From NCBI GenBank assembly GCA_026936335.1, contig JAPMXV010000003.1, forward strand, positions 248,001 to 312,000: DNA of 64,000 nucleotides. Direction: 5' to 3'. Source of the DNA: Mantamonas sphyraenae STR306. Taxonomy: Eukaryota; Protista; CRuMs. The notes beneath the pieces were generated by a model. The model did not search any database, was not told the origin of the DNA, and worked only from the letters and a program-made list of their open reading frames with translations. This document shows positions 55,547-64,000 of this stretch, in pieces (position 1 is the stretch's first letter; each line of letters starts with the position of its first letter). The position numbers were made by a program, and so were the translations under genes.

Positions 55547-58500
55547 TCACTCGTCACTGTCCTCGCCTATCAACGGATGGGCCAGGCGGCGAAACACAGG
55601 GCCCACCCTCTGCAGCTTGTCGGTGGCCACGCCAAAGACGAGGACGGCCACAACCATGAGCTGGATGAGGACGACCGCAAGTGTGACCACGTCCTGCAGC
55701 ATGGGATCGACAGGGGTGGAGGACAGAGAGAAGAGTAGTCCCACCATGTAGGTGAGCAGGAGAGTGTAGAGGGCGAGGTTGTCCAACGTGTTGTCCTGCG
55801 GATGACGGTAGGGTTGCCAGCGACTGTTGACCATGATGGAAAGCTGCAAGACAACAATGACACCCAAGGCAGTGGCAATGACGGCGTCAAAGGGCACCAC
55901 CACCACGAGGATGGCCAGGAGCAGCTTGCGTAGGAGCATGACGAGTTCAAACCAGAAACACTCCTCACGGTAGGCGGAGCAGAGGAAGCTGATGATGGCA
56001 TTGTCTGGATGGGAATGTCGGATGCGAAACAGCAACCACAGCACCAGCACAGGCACCAGGCAGACATAGATGACGAACGCAGCCACACCCATCCCCAACA
56101 CGCTGCGAAACTGTGCATCTGCCTCCTCCACAGGGCTGCACCGGATCCACGGATATGCGTTGAGGTAGGACCCGTTGGTTGTGTGCAGGGTGCAGGACAT
56201 GACACCCAGGGAAGACACAGCGGCCTTGTTGAAAAAGGCAAAAAAGAGAAACAGGATCACATAGCCTGCATGCAGGGCATCGTCATCCCGAGAGCGACCT
56301 GCACTGTTGAACACCCTCAGCAGCACAAAGATGCAGGCACCCGCGAGCACAATGACCAGTGGGATCAGCTGCACGAGGTCAAACTGCAGAAAGGGATTCG
56401 CAGGCGACAAGCACGCCACGCTGTCCACAGAAAAGTTGAAGGTGGACGCAGCGTGCCATGCAGCGTGGAGCACCGTACGTACCACGCCCGTTTCGCTCCA
56501 GCGCAAGCCCGTGTGGTTCAGCACAGCCAGCGATTGGACAAAAAACACAAGGATCTTTGCCTTGCCATCCTGCGACTTTGCACGGAAGCGAAAGGCAAAC
56601 AACACCGCAAGGACGAAGAACAGGGAAAACACAGCCAGCAAGGCTGCCACCTCGGTGGTGTCGCACTGCATGCATTCGTTGCCGCGACGATACCATCCGG
56701 GGGCACATCGGGAGCACAAGCGACCCTCGTAGTGGGGTGCACAGTCAAAGGGCACATTGCCCTCTGGGTTGCATGCCTGTGGACGTGGGCATGCCATCAG
56801 TTGCGTGACACCCTCGGCCATGATGTCCGGGTAACATCCGCTGACTTGTCCTTCCCCGAGGCAGTTGCACGATGCCACACGTGAGCAGTCAGCGCATGTG
56901 CCATTGGCACCCACAAACCCAGCTGTGCATTGGCAGTTGCTGAACTGGGCAAAGTCTGCGTCTGTGCTGAGCGACAATCCCGTGGCAGGCACGCGAAACA
57001 CGGCGCAACGCAGCTTCAGCGTGCCATTGGTCACCGACTCTTGCGTGGAAGCGATCAGCCATGGGGGCAGGATGCGCATGTGCAGAGCCGTGTTGCGGAT
57101 GTTGAGCGATTGCAGGCTTTGCACGCGGCTGTAGGCGACGGGGAGGCCGCCCGTGAGGCCCGGGTTGCCAGACATGTCCAGGGACACGATGGCAGTCTTG
57201 GTGAAGGTCACTTGGATGATGTTGGTCACCTCTGTGCTGAGGAGCACCTGCGATTCAAAGGCAGGGAGGGGACCCGTGATGGAGTTTGCGGACAGATCGA
57301 TGTGGGAGATGTTGGCCAGGGCCGTCAGGGACAAGGAGGACAGTGTGCCTGTCAGCGAACAATTGGCCAAACTCAGACGGTTCATGACCAGAAAGGTGCC
57401 TGTGGTGCTGCGTAGGCTGTCCCTGTTGTTGATGGCCGATGAAAAGATGCTGGAGGTGGCAAATGACACCACCGGTGCAAGTGCCTCCTCCGCCCCAATG
57501 CCCAACGGATTGCTCGACACATCCAACTCGTCCACGGAGCTCAAAAAGCCCAGGAACGGAGGCAATGCACCCGTGAACGCATTGTCGTTCAGACGCAACG
57601 TCTGCAACCGCGCAAGCAGACCCAACGACGCAGGCAGGCGTCCATGCATGGCATTGTGGGAGAGGTCCAACACGCGCAAGGCGGGGAGGCCAGCAAAGAG
57701 ATCGTCGGCCAGGGTGCCCCGAAGGCCACAGTTGGATGCACGAAGCGATGTCAGACGTGCGGTGCCACCCGAAGCGAGGGCGGACACGTCAAAGTCAATC
57801 TGTGGGTTGTCACTCACATCCAAACTGCCCACAGCGGCGAGCAAGGAGGAGGTGGCAATGCCCCCGGAGAACTGGTTGCCCGACAGATCCAACGAGGACA
57901 GAAAGCCTCCCTTTGAGGGCAATTGCGATGCATCCAGCACACCCTGCAACTGACACGAGGACAATGACACTGCATCGAGTTGGGGATTGGCAAACAGGGC
58001 CGTCAGATTGAGGGTGCCTCCCAGTGGATTGTTGCTCACAGAGACGGTGGTCAGTCTTGGATGTGTGGACAACACACGGGTGTCCACGCCTCCGCTTAGT
58101 TGGTTGTTGGACACATCCAATTTCTTCAGAATGGATGCCTGTGCCACGGCGTCCCAATCCAGATCCCCGGCCAAGTGGTTCATGCTCAGATCCAGCTCGT
58201 AGGCAGCCGCACTGGACAGCAGTGCAGATGGGATGGGTCCGGTGAGCATGTTGTTGGACAAGTCCAGAACAGTGATGTTTGTGGCCGTTGCAGGCAGATT
58301 GCCACTTAGTTGGTTGCCGTGCAACACCACAGACATGCCTCCCACTGCTCCAACGGGTGTCCAGCCAGCAAGCAGCCAGGCAGGCACAGGTCCACTGAGT
58401 TTGCAGTTGGACAGATCCAACACCGCCAACTGAGAGCCTGTCATGTTCATCGTGGTGGGCAACGGGCCGTACAGACCCGTGGACGACAGGAACAGCTGCT

Positions 58501-59935
58501 GGAGCGTCTTTGAACCAAGGATCATCTGCAAATTCGACTCTTCCACACTCACGTCAAAGTTGTTCAGTGCCAGACCCAACACGGACAGGTTGGGGATGGC
58601 AGCAAACTGTGCGAAATCCAAGGCCAGACTGGCTCCATTCCCGTCCAGCTTGAGCTTGTCCAGCAGCGTCAGCTTGCTCAACTCACTCGGCGACCCACGC
58701 ACCGATCGCAATCCAACGAATTGCAGGTACACCTCGGTGAGTTGGGGCATCTCGCTCAGCGAGGAAAAGTCCAACTCGCCGTGCAGGTCGTTCAGCGACA
58801 GCGCCAGAAACTGGAGTGCCTTCCATTCCTTGATGTGACTCCAGGGAATGCTGCCACGCAGTCGGTTCGTGGCCAGCAGCAGGGTGTTGAGCTGGACAAA
58901 CGACACGGTGTCAATTTCTGCGCCCAGATCGCCCTCCAATGCATTCTGTCGCAAATCCACCAGAGTGAGCGCAGAAGAACAATTGGCAAACAGGCCCCAG
59001 TGCCATCCTGTGATGCCTGTGTACATCACCCTCAGGGTGTAGAGCTTGGTCAACAGGGCGAGCGACTCTGGAAGGGACCCCTGCACGCTTGGACGAGGGA
59101 AATTGGCCTGGAAATCAAACACCCGCAATTCTGGCAGATGCGCAAACATATCTGTGGGCAGAGGTTGGCTGTAGTTGGCCTCCAGCACGTAGAGGTACTG
59201 GAGGGCCGGCATTTTCGCCAGAAATCCAGGTTCAAAGTAGGCATCCACGCCTGTAGAGAGTACGCTGAGCATGGTGTTGGAGGTGGGCAACCGTTGTGCT
59301 GGTTCTGTAGGTTGCAACGTGCGTGTGGTGGGTGGCACGCCGAGCGTGGTCAGCCACGGATGTGCCAGCACCCCTCGCCACGGCAGGAACTGGGCCGGTG
59401 GCTCGGAACATGCACGCGCCACCTGCGATTGATCCAAAAACATGTTGAGACTCACGAGGTGAGGCAGACCCTGGAGGAGCACGTCCAGTGCGCCATCGGG
59501 CAAGTTCACATTCGTGAGAGAGGTCCCCGTCAGGTCCACAGCGACCACGGTGCAATTTGAACAGTCGCTCCTGCTGCATTGGCTGCCGTACTGTACGTTG
59601 TTCACGTCTTGTGTCTCGCAGTGGACCCCGTCCCAGGAGCAGAAGCACTGATGGTTTCCCCAGGAGTTTTCAGACCACGCGCAGCCGGCACCCTGCTGGC
59701 TGACGTTTGCAAACGTCAGCAGCACCTCGCGTTCACGTGCCGTCTGTGCGGCAGAGACGTTCCATGTCACCACCTTTTCTCCATCCCGGTACAGCGGCGG
59801 CGGCGTCGGCGTGTCAACCCGTGGCAGGGTGACATCCACGCCACGCACAACCGCCCCCTCGCCTGCAACGACCATGGCCAGCACAACCACAAACACGCCA
59901 ATCCCTGTGAAAACCACCCCGTGATGCACTGCCAT
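55547..59935 (-). CDS. LRR receptor-like protein: signal peptide, plant-type LRR ectodomain, Cys-rich linker, C-terminal multi-pass TM domain; intronless
   Basis: LRR N-cap CSWDGVHC, >20 LxxLDLSxNxLxGxLP repeats, CAPHYEGRLCSRCAPGWY..C..C, KILVFFVQ, YLNAYPWIRC, AYREECFWFELVMLLRKLLL, QPY..DNTLD; about 8-9 hydrophobic segments. Confidence 0.88.
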   Translation of the reverse strand: MAVHHGVVFTGIGVFVVVLAMVVAGEGAVVRGVDVTLPRVDTPTPPPLYRDGEKVVTWNVSAAQTAREREVLLTFANVSQQGAGCAWSENSWGNHQCFCSWDGVHCETQDVNNVQYGSQCSRSDCSNCTVVAVDLTGTSLTNVNLPDGALDVLLQGLPHLVSLNMFLDQSQVARACSEPPAQFLPWRGVLAHPWLTTLGVPPTTRTLQPTEPAQRLPTSNTMLSVLSTGVDAYFEPGFLAKMPALQYLYVLEANYSQPLPTDMFAHLPELRVFDFQANFPRPSVQGSLPESLALLTKLYTLRVMYTGITGWHWGLFANCSSALTLVDLRQNALEGDLGAEIDTVSFVQLNTLLLATNRLRGSIPWSHIKEWKALQFLALSLNDLHGELDFSSLSEMPQLTEVYLQFVGLRSVRGSPSELSKLTLLDKLKLDGNGASLALDFAQFAAIPNLSVLGLALNNFDVSVEESNLQMILGSKTLQQLFLSSTGLYGPLPTTMNMTGSQLAVLDLSNCKLSGPVPAWLLAGWTPVGAVGGMSVVLHGNQLSGNLPATATNITVLDLSNNMLTGPIPSALLSSAAAYELDLSMNHLAGDLDWDAVAQASILKKLDVSNNQLSGGVDTRVLSTHPRLTTVSVSNNPLGGTLNLTALFANPQLDAVSLSSCQLQGVLDASQLPSKGGFLSSLDLSGNQFSGGIATSSLLAAVGSLDVSDNPQIDFDVSALASGGTARLTSLRASNCGLRGTLADDLFAGLPALRVLDLSHNAMHGRLPASLGLLARLQTLRLNDNAFTGALPPFLGFLSSVDELDVSSNPLGIGAEEALAPVVSFATSSIFSSAINNRDSLRSTTGTFLVMNRLSLANCSLTGTLSSLSLTALANISHIDLSANSITGPLPAFESQVLLSTEVTNIIQVTFTKTAIVSLDMSGNPGLTGGLPVAYSRVQSLQSLNIRNTALHMRILPPWLIASTQESVTNGTLKLRCAVFRVPATGLSLSTDADFAQFSNCQCTAGFVGANGTCADCSRVASCNCLGEGQVSGCYPDIMAEGVTQLMACPRPQACNPEGNVPFDCAPHYEGRLCSRCAPGWYRRGNECMQCDTTEVAALLAVFSLFFVLAVLFAFRFRAKSQDGKAKILVFFVQSLAVLNHTGLRWSETGVVRTVLHAAWHAASTFNFSVDSVACLSPANPFLQFDLVQLIPLVIVLAGACIFVLLRVFNSAGRSRDDDALHAGYVILFLFFAFFNKAAVSSLGVMSCTLHTTNGSYLNAYPWIRCSPVEEADAQFRSVLGMGVAAFVIYVCLVPVLVLWLLFRIRHSHPDNAIISFLCSAYREECFWFELVMLLRKLLLAILVVVVPFDAVIATALGVIVVLQLSIMVNSRWQPYRHPQDNTLDNLALYTLLLTYMVGLLFSLSSTPVDPMLQDVVTLAVVLIQLMVVAVLVFGVATDKLQRVGPVFRRLAHPLIGEDSDE

Positions 59936-60052
59936 GACACCCGATCTCCTTTTGGACGAACAAGCGCAATTTGCACACAATCCACAATCCATTCGATGCC
60001 TTCCTCCTTCCCCTCCCTCTCCCTCACTCTCTCTCTCCCTCTCTCTGTGTCC

Positions 60053-62495
60053 TCAACGCAGCTGGTGGCGCATGACTGCACGCAACCCCCACAGCAACTC
60101 GGCCTGGCAGCGTGCGCAAAACACAAGGATGCTGATGTGCACCTTTTCGGCTTCGGAAAAGTCAAAGCCCATGTTGCGAAAGTCCTTAAAGGTGATGCGG
60201 TGTGGATGGCAAGCGACGCGCTTGAGGTACTGCTTGAGGGGCCTGTTGAGCAGCTTGTTGACCTCGCTGTAGTTAAAGTCGTCGTGCACCACGCCAAACA
60301 GACGGTGCACGTAGTGCCAGATGGCGCTGCGGAAGCGTTGTGTGTCCACGTCCACGTCCAATGCCTCCATGCGGTTGTTGGTCATTGTGTAGGCCACGTC
60401 AAACTGCTTGTCCAGCAGGCTGGCCGCCTCCGGGTAGAACTGCGACACCGTGCTGTACCCGTGGTCCGTCCATGTGTAGTCCACAAACTTGAACAGCGGT
60501 GTCTCCTTGTTGTGTACGTCAAAGTCCACATACTTCATCTGGAACTTGCTGCCCACAAACCGGTGCAGGTCGTCCCCAAAGTCATCGCTGTCGCTCGCCT
60601 CTGCCATCTCCCCCTGCGACACCTCTTCCAGCGTCTGTGCAAACAGGTCCAGGTTCTTGCCTGAACTCTCCACCTCCTCCATTGTGTTGTTTTCCTTCAG
60701 TTTGCCAAACAGCTCCTCCGTCTCCTGGCTGCGTGCCCCGCCCGTGCCCGACCCCCCGGGGGACCCTGCCCCACTCGCCTCCACCTCGTCAATCTGCAGC
60801 TCCGGCACGTTGATAAAGTCGATCTCCCGTTCCAGGCCACACCCGTCCACAATGCACGCCAGCGAGTGCACGGTGCTCATAATAACAATCGCCTGCACCA
60901 GCTCGCCCAGCGACCACGCGTCCGCCCCCTTCAGCAACGCACTCACGTTGTCCACGTCCAGTGCCCATGGCTGGTGACACAGCTGCATGTTCACCTCCAG
61001 CAGGTTGTACAGCTTGGGCGGCAGCTGGTCGACCCCCTCCAGCCACGACGGATCTCCGTCGCACAGCACAAACTCCTTCTCCATCAGTGTCACCAGGTAG
61101 TGGCACTGGTGCCGTGCAGCCGCCAACAACCCAATGAAGAAGCGCCAGTCGTGGGGCAACGGGCCCTGTTCGCGCATCAGCGTGTTGAAGCACGCAAAGT
61201 GCGCCGCAAGGAACTCAGGGTACAGCGACATCACGCGGTCCACGTTGGACACGCGTCCACAGCTCAGGAAGGCTTCCCTGTACACGTCCACAGACAGTTC
61301 CTCCTGCTCCGCAGGCAGGGGTACCCACGCACTTGGTCGCAGCCTGCTTGTGTCTGGCACGCTGAAACTCCACGTCTGTGCGCGTTAAAAACGCCCACCC
61401 CCAATCACCCACACTGGTGTCAGCCTTTGTGCACATCACTCACACAACACACAGCACACACAGCACACACACACACACATGCACACACACACAATGCATC
61501 CCCACACCCTTGCAGTGGACACGTAGTGCCATCTGTGTGTGAACCCAAATGCGAGAATGTTCTTTGTGCGAGGCCCGTATTTGGGAGATTCGCGCCTCTT
61601 CGTCGGCCAACTCACCTGTTTGATGTCGCCCAAAAAGTCTGCGGCGGCCGTACGCAGGTCGTCGAAAGGACAAGTGGCTGCGTACCGTGCCAGAGTGTAC
61701 AGGTGCATGGACAGGGCGCGAGAGTTCTCGTCTGTGGTGCTGGACAGCGAGTCGTTGCTTTGTGTGGCGTGATGACGCTTGAGCTCGTGGTACAATGTCT
61801 CCAGCACCCCGTTCATCGTGTTGCGCCGCTCCTGCTCGTCCGGTATGAGCACCTGATGCAGGAAGAAGGGCGAGGACAACGAGAGTAGATCTGTGGACAT
61901 GAGTATGGGTGTGTGTGTTCCTCGTGTCAGGTGCCGCCGTCGCTTTTCCGGCCTTCCAAGACGCTCTCTCTTGGGCGTTCCTCGCATTTCCCACGAATCG
62001 CACTCTGCGTGTCCACCAGGCACTGTGCCCACCCACACACACGCATCCACACCCACCCATGGTTGGGTGGCTGTGTGGGCTGCTTGTACACCCACCTTGG
62101 TCGTCGTCGTAGCTGGAGAAGACGTGCAAGTCCTTGCTGTGGTCCACATCCTGGTCCAACTGTGTGTCGTGCACAAGAAACTCGTGCTTGCCTCCTGCCG
62201 TCTGTGGTTGTTGCCCATCGTCCCCCGACGATGGTGGACTTCCTGATTGCGAGCGTCCCAACGTCTGCACCGTGTCCGACAGAAAGGCATCGACCCCGTC
62301 CGACGCACGGCGCACCCCTTGCTCTTCATTGAACTGCGCTAGGTTCGCTCGCGTGGTTGCCGTCGTGTTGCTGGTCGTCGTGTTGGTCCCCTGCTGCTGC
62401 TCCTCCAGTGGCACAGGGAATGTGTTCTGCACCCAGTTTGGCGATGTGCCCAGTTTCAATGACTTGTGCAGTGACTCTTCCCTCTCTTCACTCAT
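60053..62495 (-). CDS. SESN: Sestrin (PA26 family); 3 exons
   Basis: GPLPHDWRFFIGLLAAARHQCHYL, GDPSWLEG, LCHQPW, WSLGELVQAIVIMSTVHSLA, DYTWTDHGYS, RSAIWHYVHRLFGVVHDDFNYSEVN, EKVHISIL..ARCQAELLWGLRAV. Confidence 0.95.
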
Positions 62496-62545
62496 CGGCT
62501 TGAGCGGCCCGGCGCTGCGCCGCTCGATCCAGCTCGCACCCACAC

Positions 62546-63814
62546 ATGGCTGCATCCATCCCTGACCACTGTGCCATCTCCCGTCACTTCTGGTCCAGTG
62601 TCCCTCGCGACCATCCCGTGTTTTCCCAATGGCGCATCCATGCCACCTTGGCCGCCCTGGACGACTTGGCCCAGCACGATGACGGTGATGACAACCAGCA
62701 GGACGCCCAGGGCCACTCCGACCCACACACACCCGCTGTGCTTGCATGCATGCGCCACCCCTCTGCACGCCTCTTCTGGAAGGAACACTTTGGATCGTCT
62801 GTTCTGCGTGTACGCAGCTACGCCCTCCTGGCCGCCGTGGAAAGCGAATACGGCGCTCAGCCTCGCGAACAACTCGATCTCCTGCGTTGTATCCTCACCC
62901 TGGATGCATGTGACACGGTGGATGACACGCAAGAGTCACAGCGGGAGGATGAGGACGATGTACAGGGGGCTGCATGGGTCCATGCCGTCGATTTTGCCGC
63001 ATGGACACACACCCTCGGGGTTCTCGGCGCCCTCACACGTCTCCACAGAGAGTTGGACCCGGAACTGCGCGCCATCGACGATGCGCGTGTTCAGTCGTCT
63101 TCCAATGGAGATGACAGCGCAGACGAGTCATCAGCCAACGAGTCGCTGGCTGCAAAGATCTTGCGCGGCGACATCTCCGACCAGGAGCTGGATGCGATGA
63201 CCAGCCGAATGGCAGGCGCTTCCGAACACGACACGGCCTCCTCCTCCTCACCTGAGCAAGAGGAGGATGCGGTGGACACCATGGTGCAAGTCGTCCAGCT
63301 GCTGGGTTCGCTGTCGATGCACACCCACATGGCATCCATCCTCGACGCCGGTCTGGATTCCCTCGCTGCCCTATCCGCTTCCACAGACCAAGAACTTCTC
63401 AAGCTGGGCCTCTCCTACGACGAGCTCCGTGCCCTACGCCATGCGCTGAGCGATGACCAAACGGAACCGTCCCACGCAGACTCCCGCTCGGAGGAGAAGG
63501 GAAAGGACACCGAGTCCGCATCTGTGTCGACAGCATCCAATGTGGTCAAGTGTGTGTTGGACGACGCCACACTGATCAAATGCGACGTTGCCGCACACAC
63601 GTCGCTCCAACACCTCCAAGCGCACTTGATGAAGCAATGGCAGCTGCTGCTGGGAGAGGCGAACGAGCTGCACCAGGATCCGCTGGCATACACGTGGTCC
63701 TATCTGGACGAAGACCAAGACCGGGTGTTTCTGACCCCAGACACGCCGTGGGCAGACTTTGTAGCCAGTGCGCGCAGGGTGCTGGTTCACACAAAGCAAG
63801 GAGGAGGAGGATGA
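62546..63814 (+). CDS. Putative signalling adaptor: Cbl-N EF-hand-like domain, SAM-like domain and PB1-like domain
   Basis: ARLFWKEHFG..LLRCILTLDACD..VHAVDFAAW resembles the Cbl EF-like domain; VVQLLGSLSM..ILDAGLDSLAALSASTDQELLKLGLS is SAM-like; VKCVLDD..WSYLDEDQDRVFL is PB1-like (OPCA motif). Confidence 0.6.
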   Translation: MAASIPDHCAISRHFWSSVPRDHPVFSQWRIHATLAALDDLAQHDDGDDNQQDAQGHSDPHTPAVLACMRHPSARLFWKEHFGSSVLRVRSYALLAAVESEYGAQPREQLDLLRCILTLDACDTVDDTQESQREDEDDVQGAAWVHAVDFAAWTHTLGVLGALTRLHRELDPELRAIDDARVQSSSNGDDSADESSANESLAAKILRGDISDQELDAMTSRMAGASEHDTASSSSPEQEEDAVDTMVQVVQLLGSLSMHTHMASILDAGLDSLAALSASTDQELLKLGLSYDELRALRHALSDDQTEPSHADSRSEEKGKDTESASVSTASNVVKCVLDDATLIKCDVAAHTSLQHLQAHLMKQWQLLLGEANELHQDPLAYTWSYLDEDQDRVFLTPDTPWADFVASARRVLVHTKQGGGG

Positions 63815-63842
63815 TGGGCTGCATCTTCACAGGCACTTCACT

Positions 63843-64000
63843 TCATTCGACAATGACGGCGAGGACGGGCACTTCAAACACCTCGCCCTCGGTGGTAATC
63901 TGGACCACCTCATCCACCTCTTGGCCGACCATGGCCTTGTCGGTGCAGCGCACACTGACACGCACCTGCAACGCCACGCCCGGGAAAGCAGGCTGTGGTT
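63843..64000 (-). CDS. 3' end of a gene entering from outside the window; Ig-like (ASH/PapD-type) C-terminus, possibly ciliary
   Basis: Open frame PQPAFPGVALQVRVSVRCTDKAMVGQEVDEVVQITTEGEVFEVPVLAVIVE* with a beta-strand pattern resembling ASH-domain C-termini. Confidence 0.5.
   Translation of the reverse strand, partial: PQPAFPGVALQVRVSVRCTDKAMVGQEVDEVVQITTEGEVFEVPVLAVIVE

Noticed and set aside
4702-62495. mTORC1/nutrient-sensing or ESCRT gene cluster (WDR59, sestrin, eIF2B; Snf7 and CHMP1)
   Set aside because: The genes are tens of kb apart among unrelated genes, so co-occurrence is compatible with chance.
1-64000. Alternative genetic code, tRNA/rRNA/snRNA genes, CRISPR arrays, transposons or introner families
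   Set aside because: TAA, TAG and TGA all terminate conserved genes at expected positions. No RNA-gene signatures, repeat-spacer arrays, transposase/RT ORFs or mutually similar introns were seen.

Overview
This is a very gene-dense, intron-poor, GC-rich eukaryotic window, probably from a heterotrophic, likely flagellated protist; the exact lineage cannot be fixed from the sequence. It holds about 34 protein-coding genes in the standard genetic code. Introns are short GT-AG introns (mostly 60-240 nt) with a conserved CTGAC branch point and CA/TG microsatellites, and intergenic spacers are often only 15-200 bp. Recognisable genes: eIF2B-beta (partial), COQ8/ADCK kinase, a kelch protein, WDR59/Sea3 (GATOR2), Snf7/CHMP4, a Munc13-like C2-MUN protein, SECIS-binding protein SBP2, Bcd1, LIN37, Cwc2, L2HGDH, an SLC35A transporter, GT32 and GT61 glycosyltransferases, CHMP1, kinesin-14, PSMA4, RPL7, RPL35, SCO1, LOG, an mRNA-capping guanylyltransferase and sestrin. 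Four items stand out. (1) A secreted leishmanolysin (M8) protease is fused to two bacterial-type SH3b domains and an apparently catalytically dead, phage-lysin-like amidase, and it lies next to an LRR multi-TM receptor. (2) A single-domain zeta-class (CDCA1/cadmium-type) carbonic anhydrase carries an apparent mitochondrial presequence and a His-rich insert. (3) SBP2 and Bcd1 overlap tail-to-tail by 178 coding nucleotides. (4) Gene packing is extreme, and long structured introns occur only in highly expressed housekeeping genes. No tRNA, rRNA, CRISPR array or transposon was found. All family assignments come from motif recognition by eye, not database searches.
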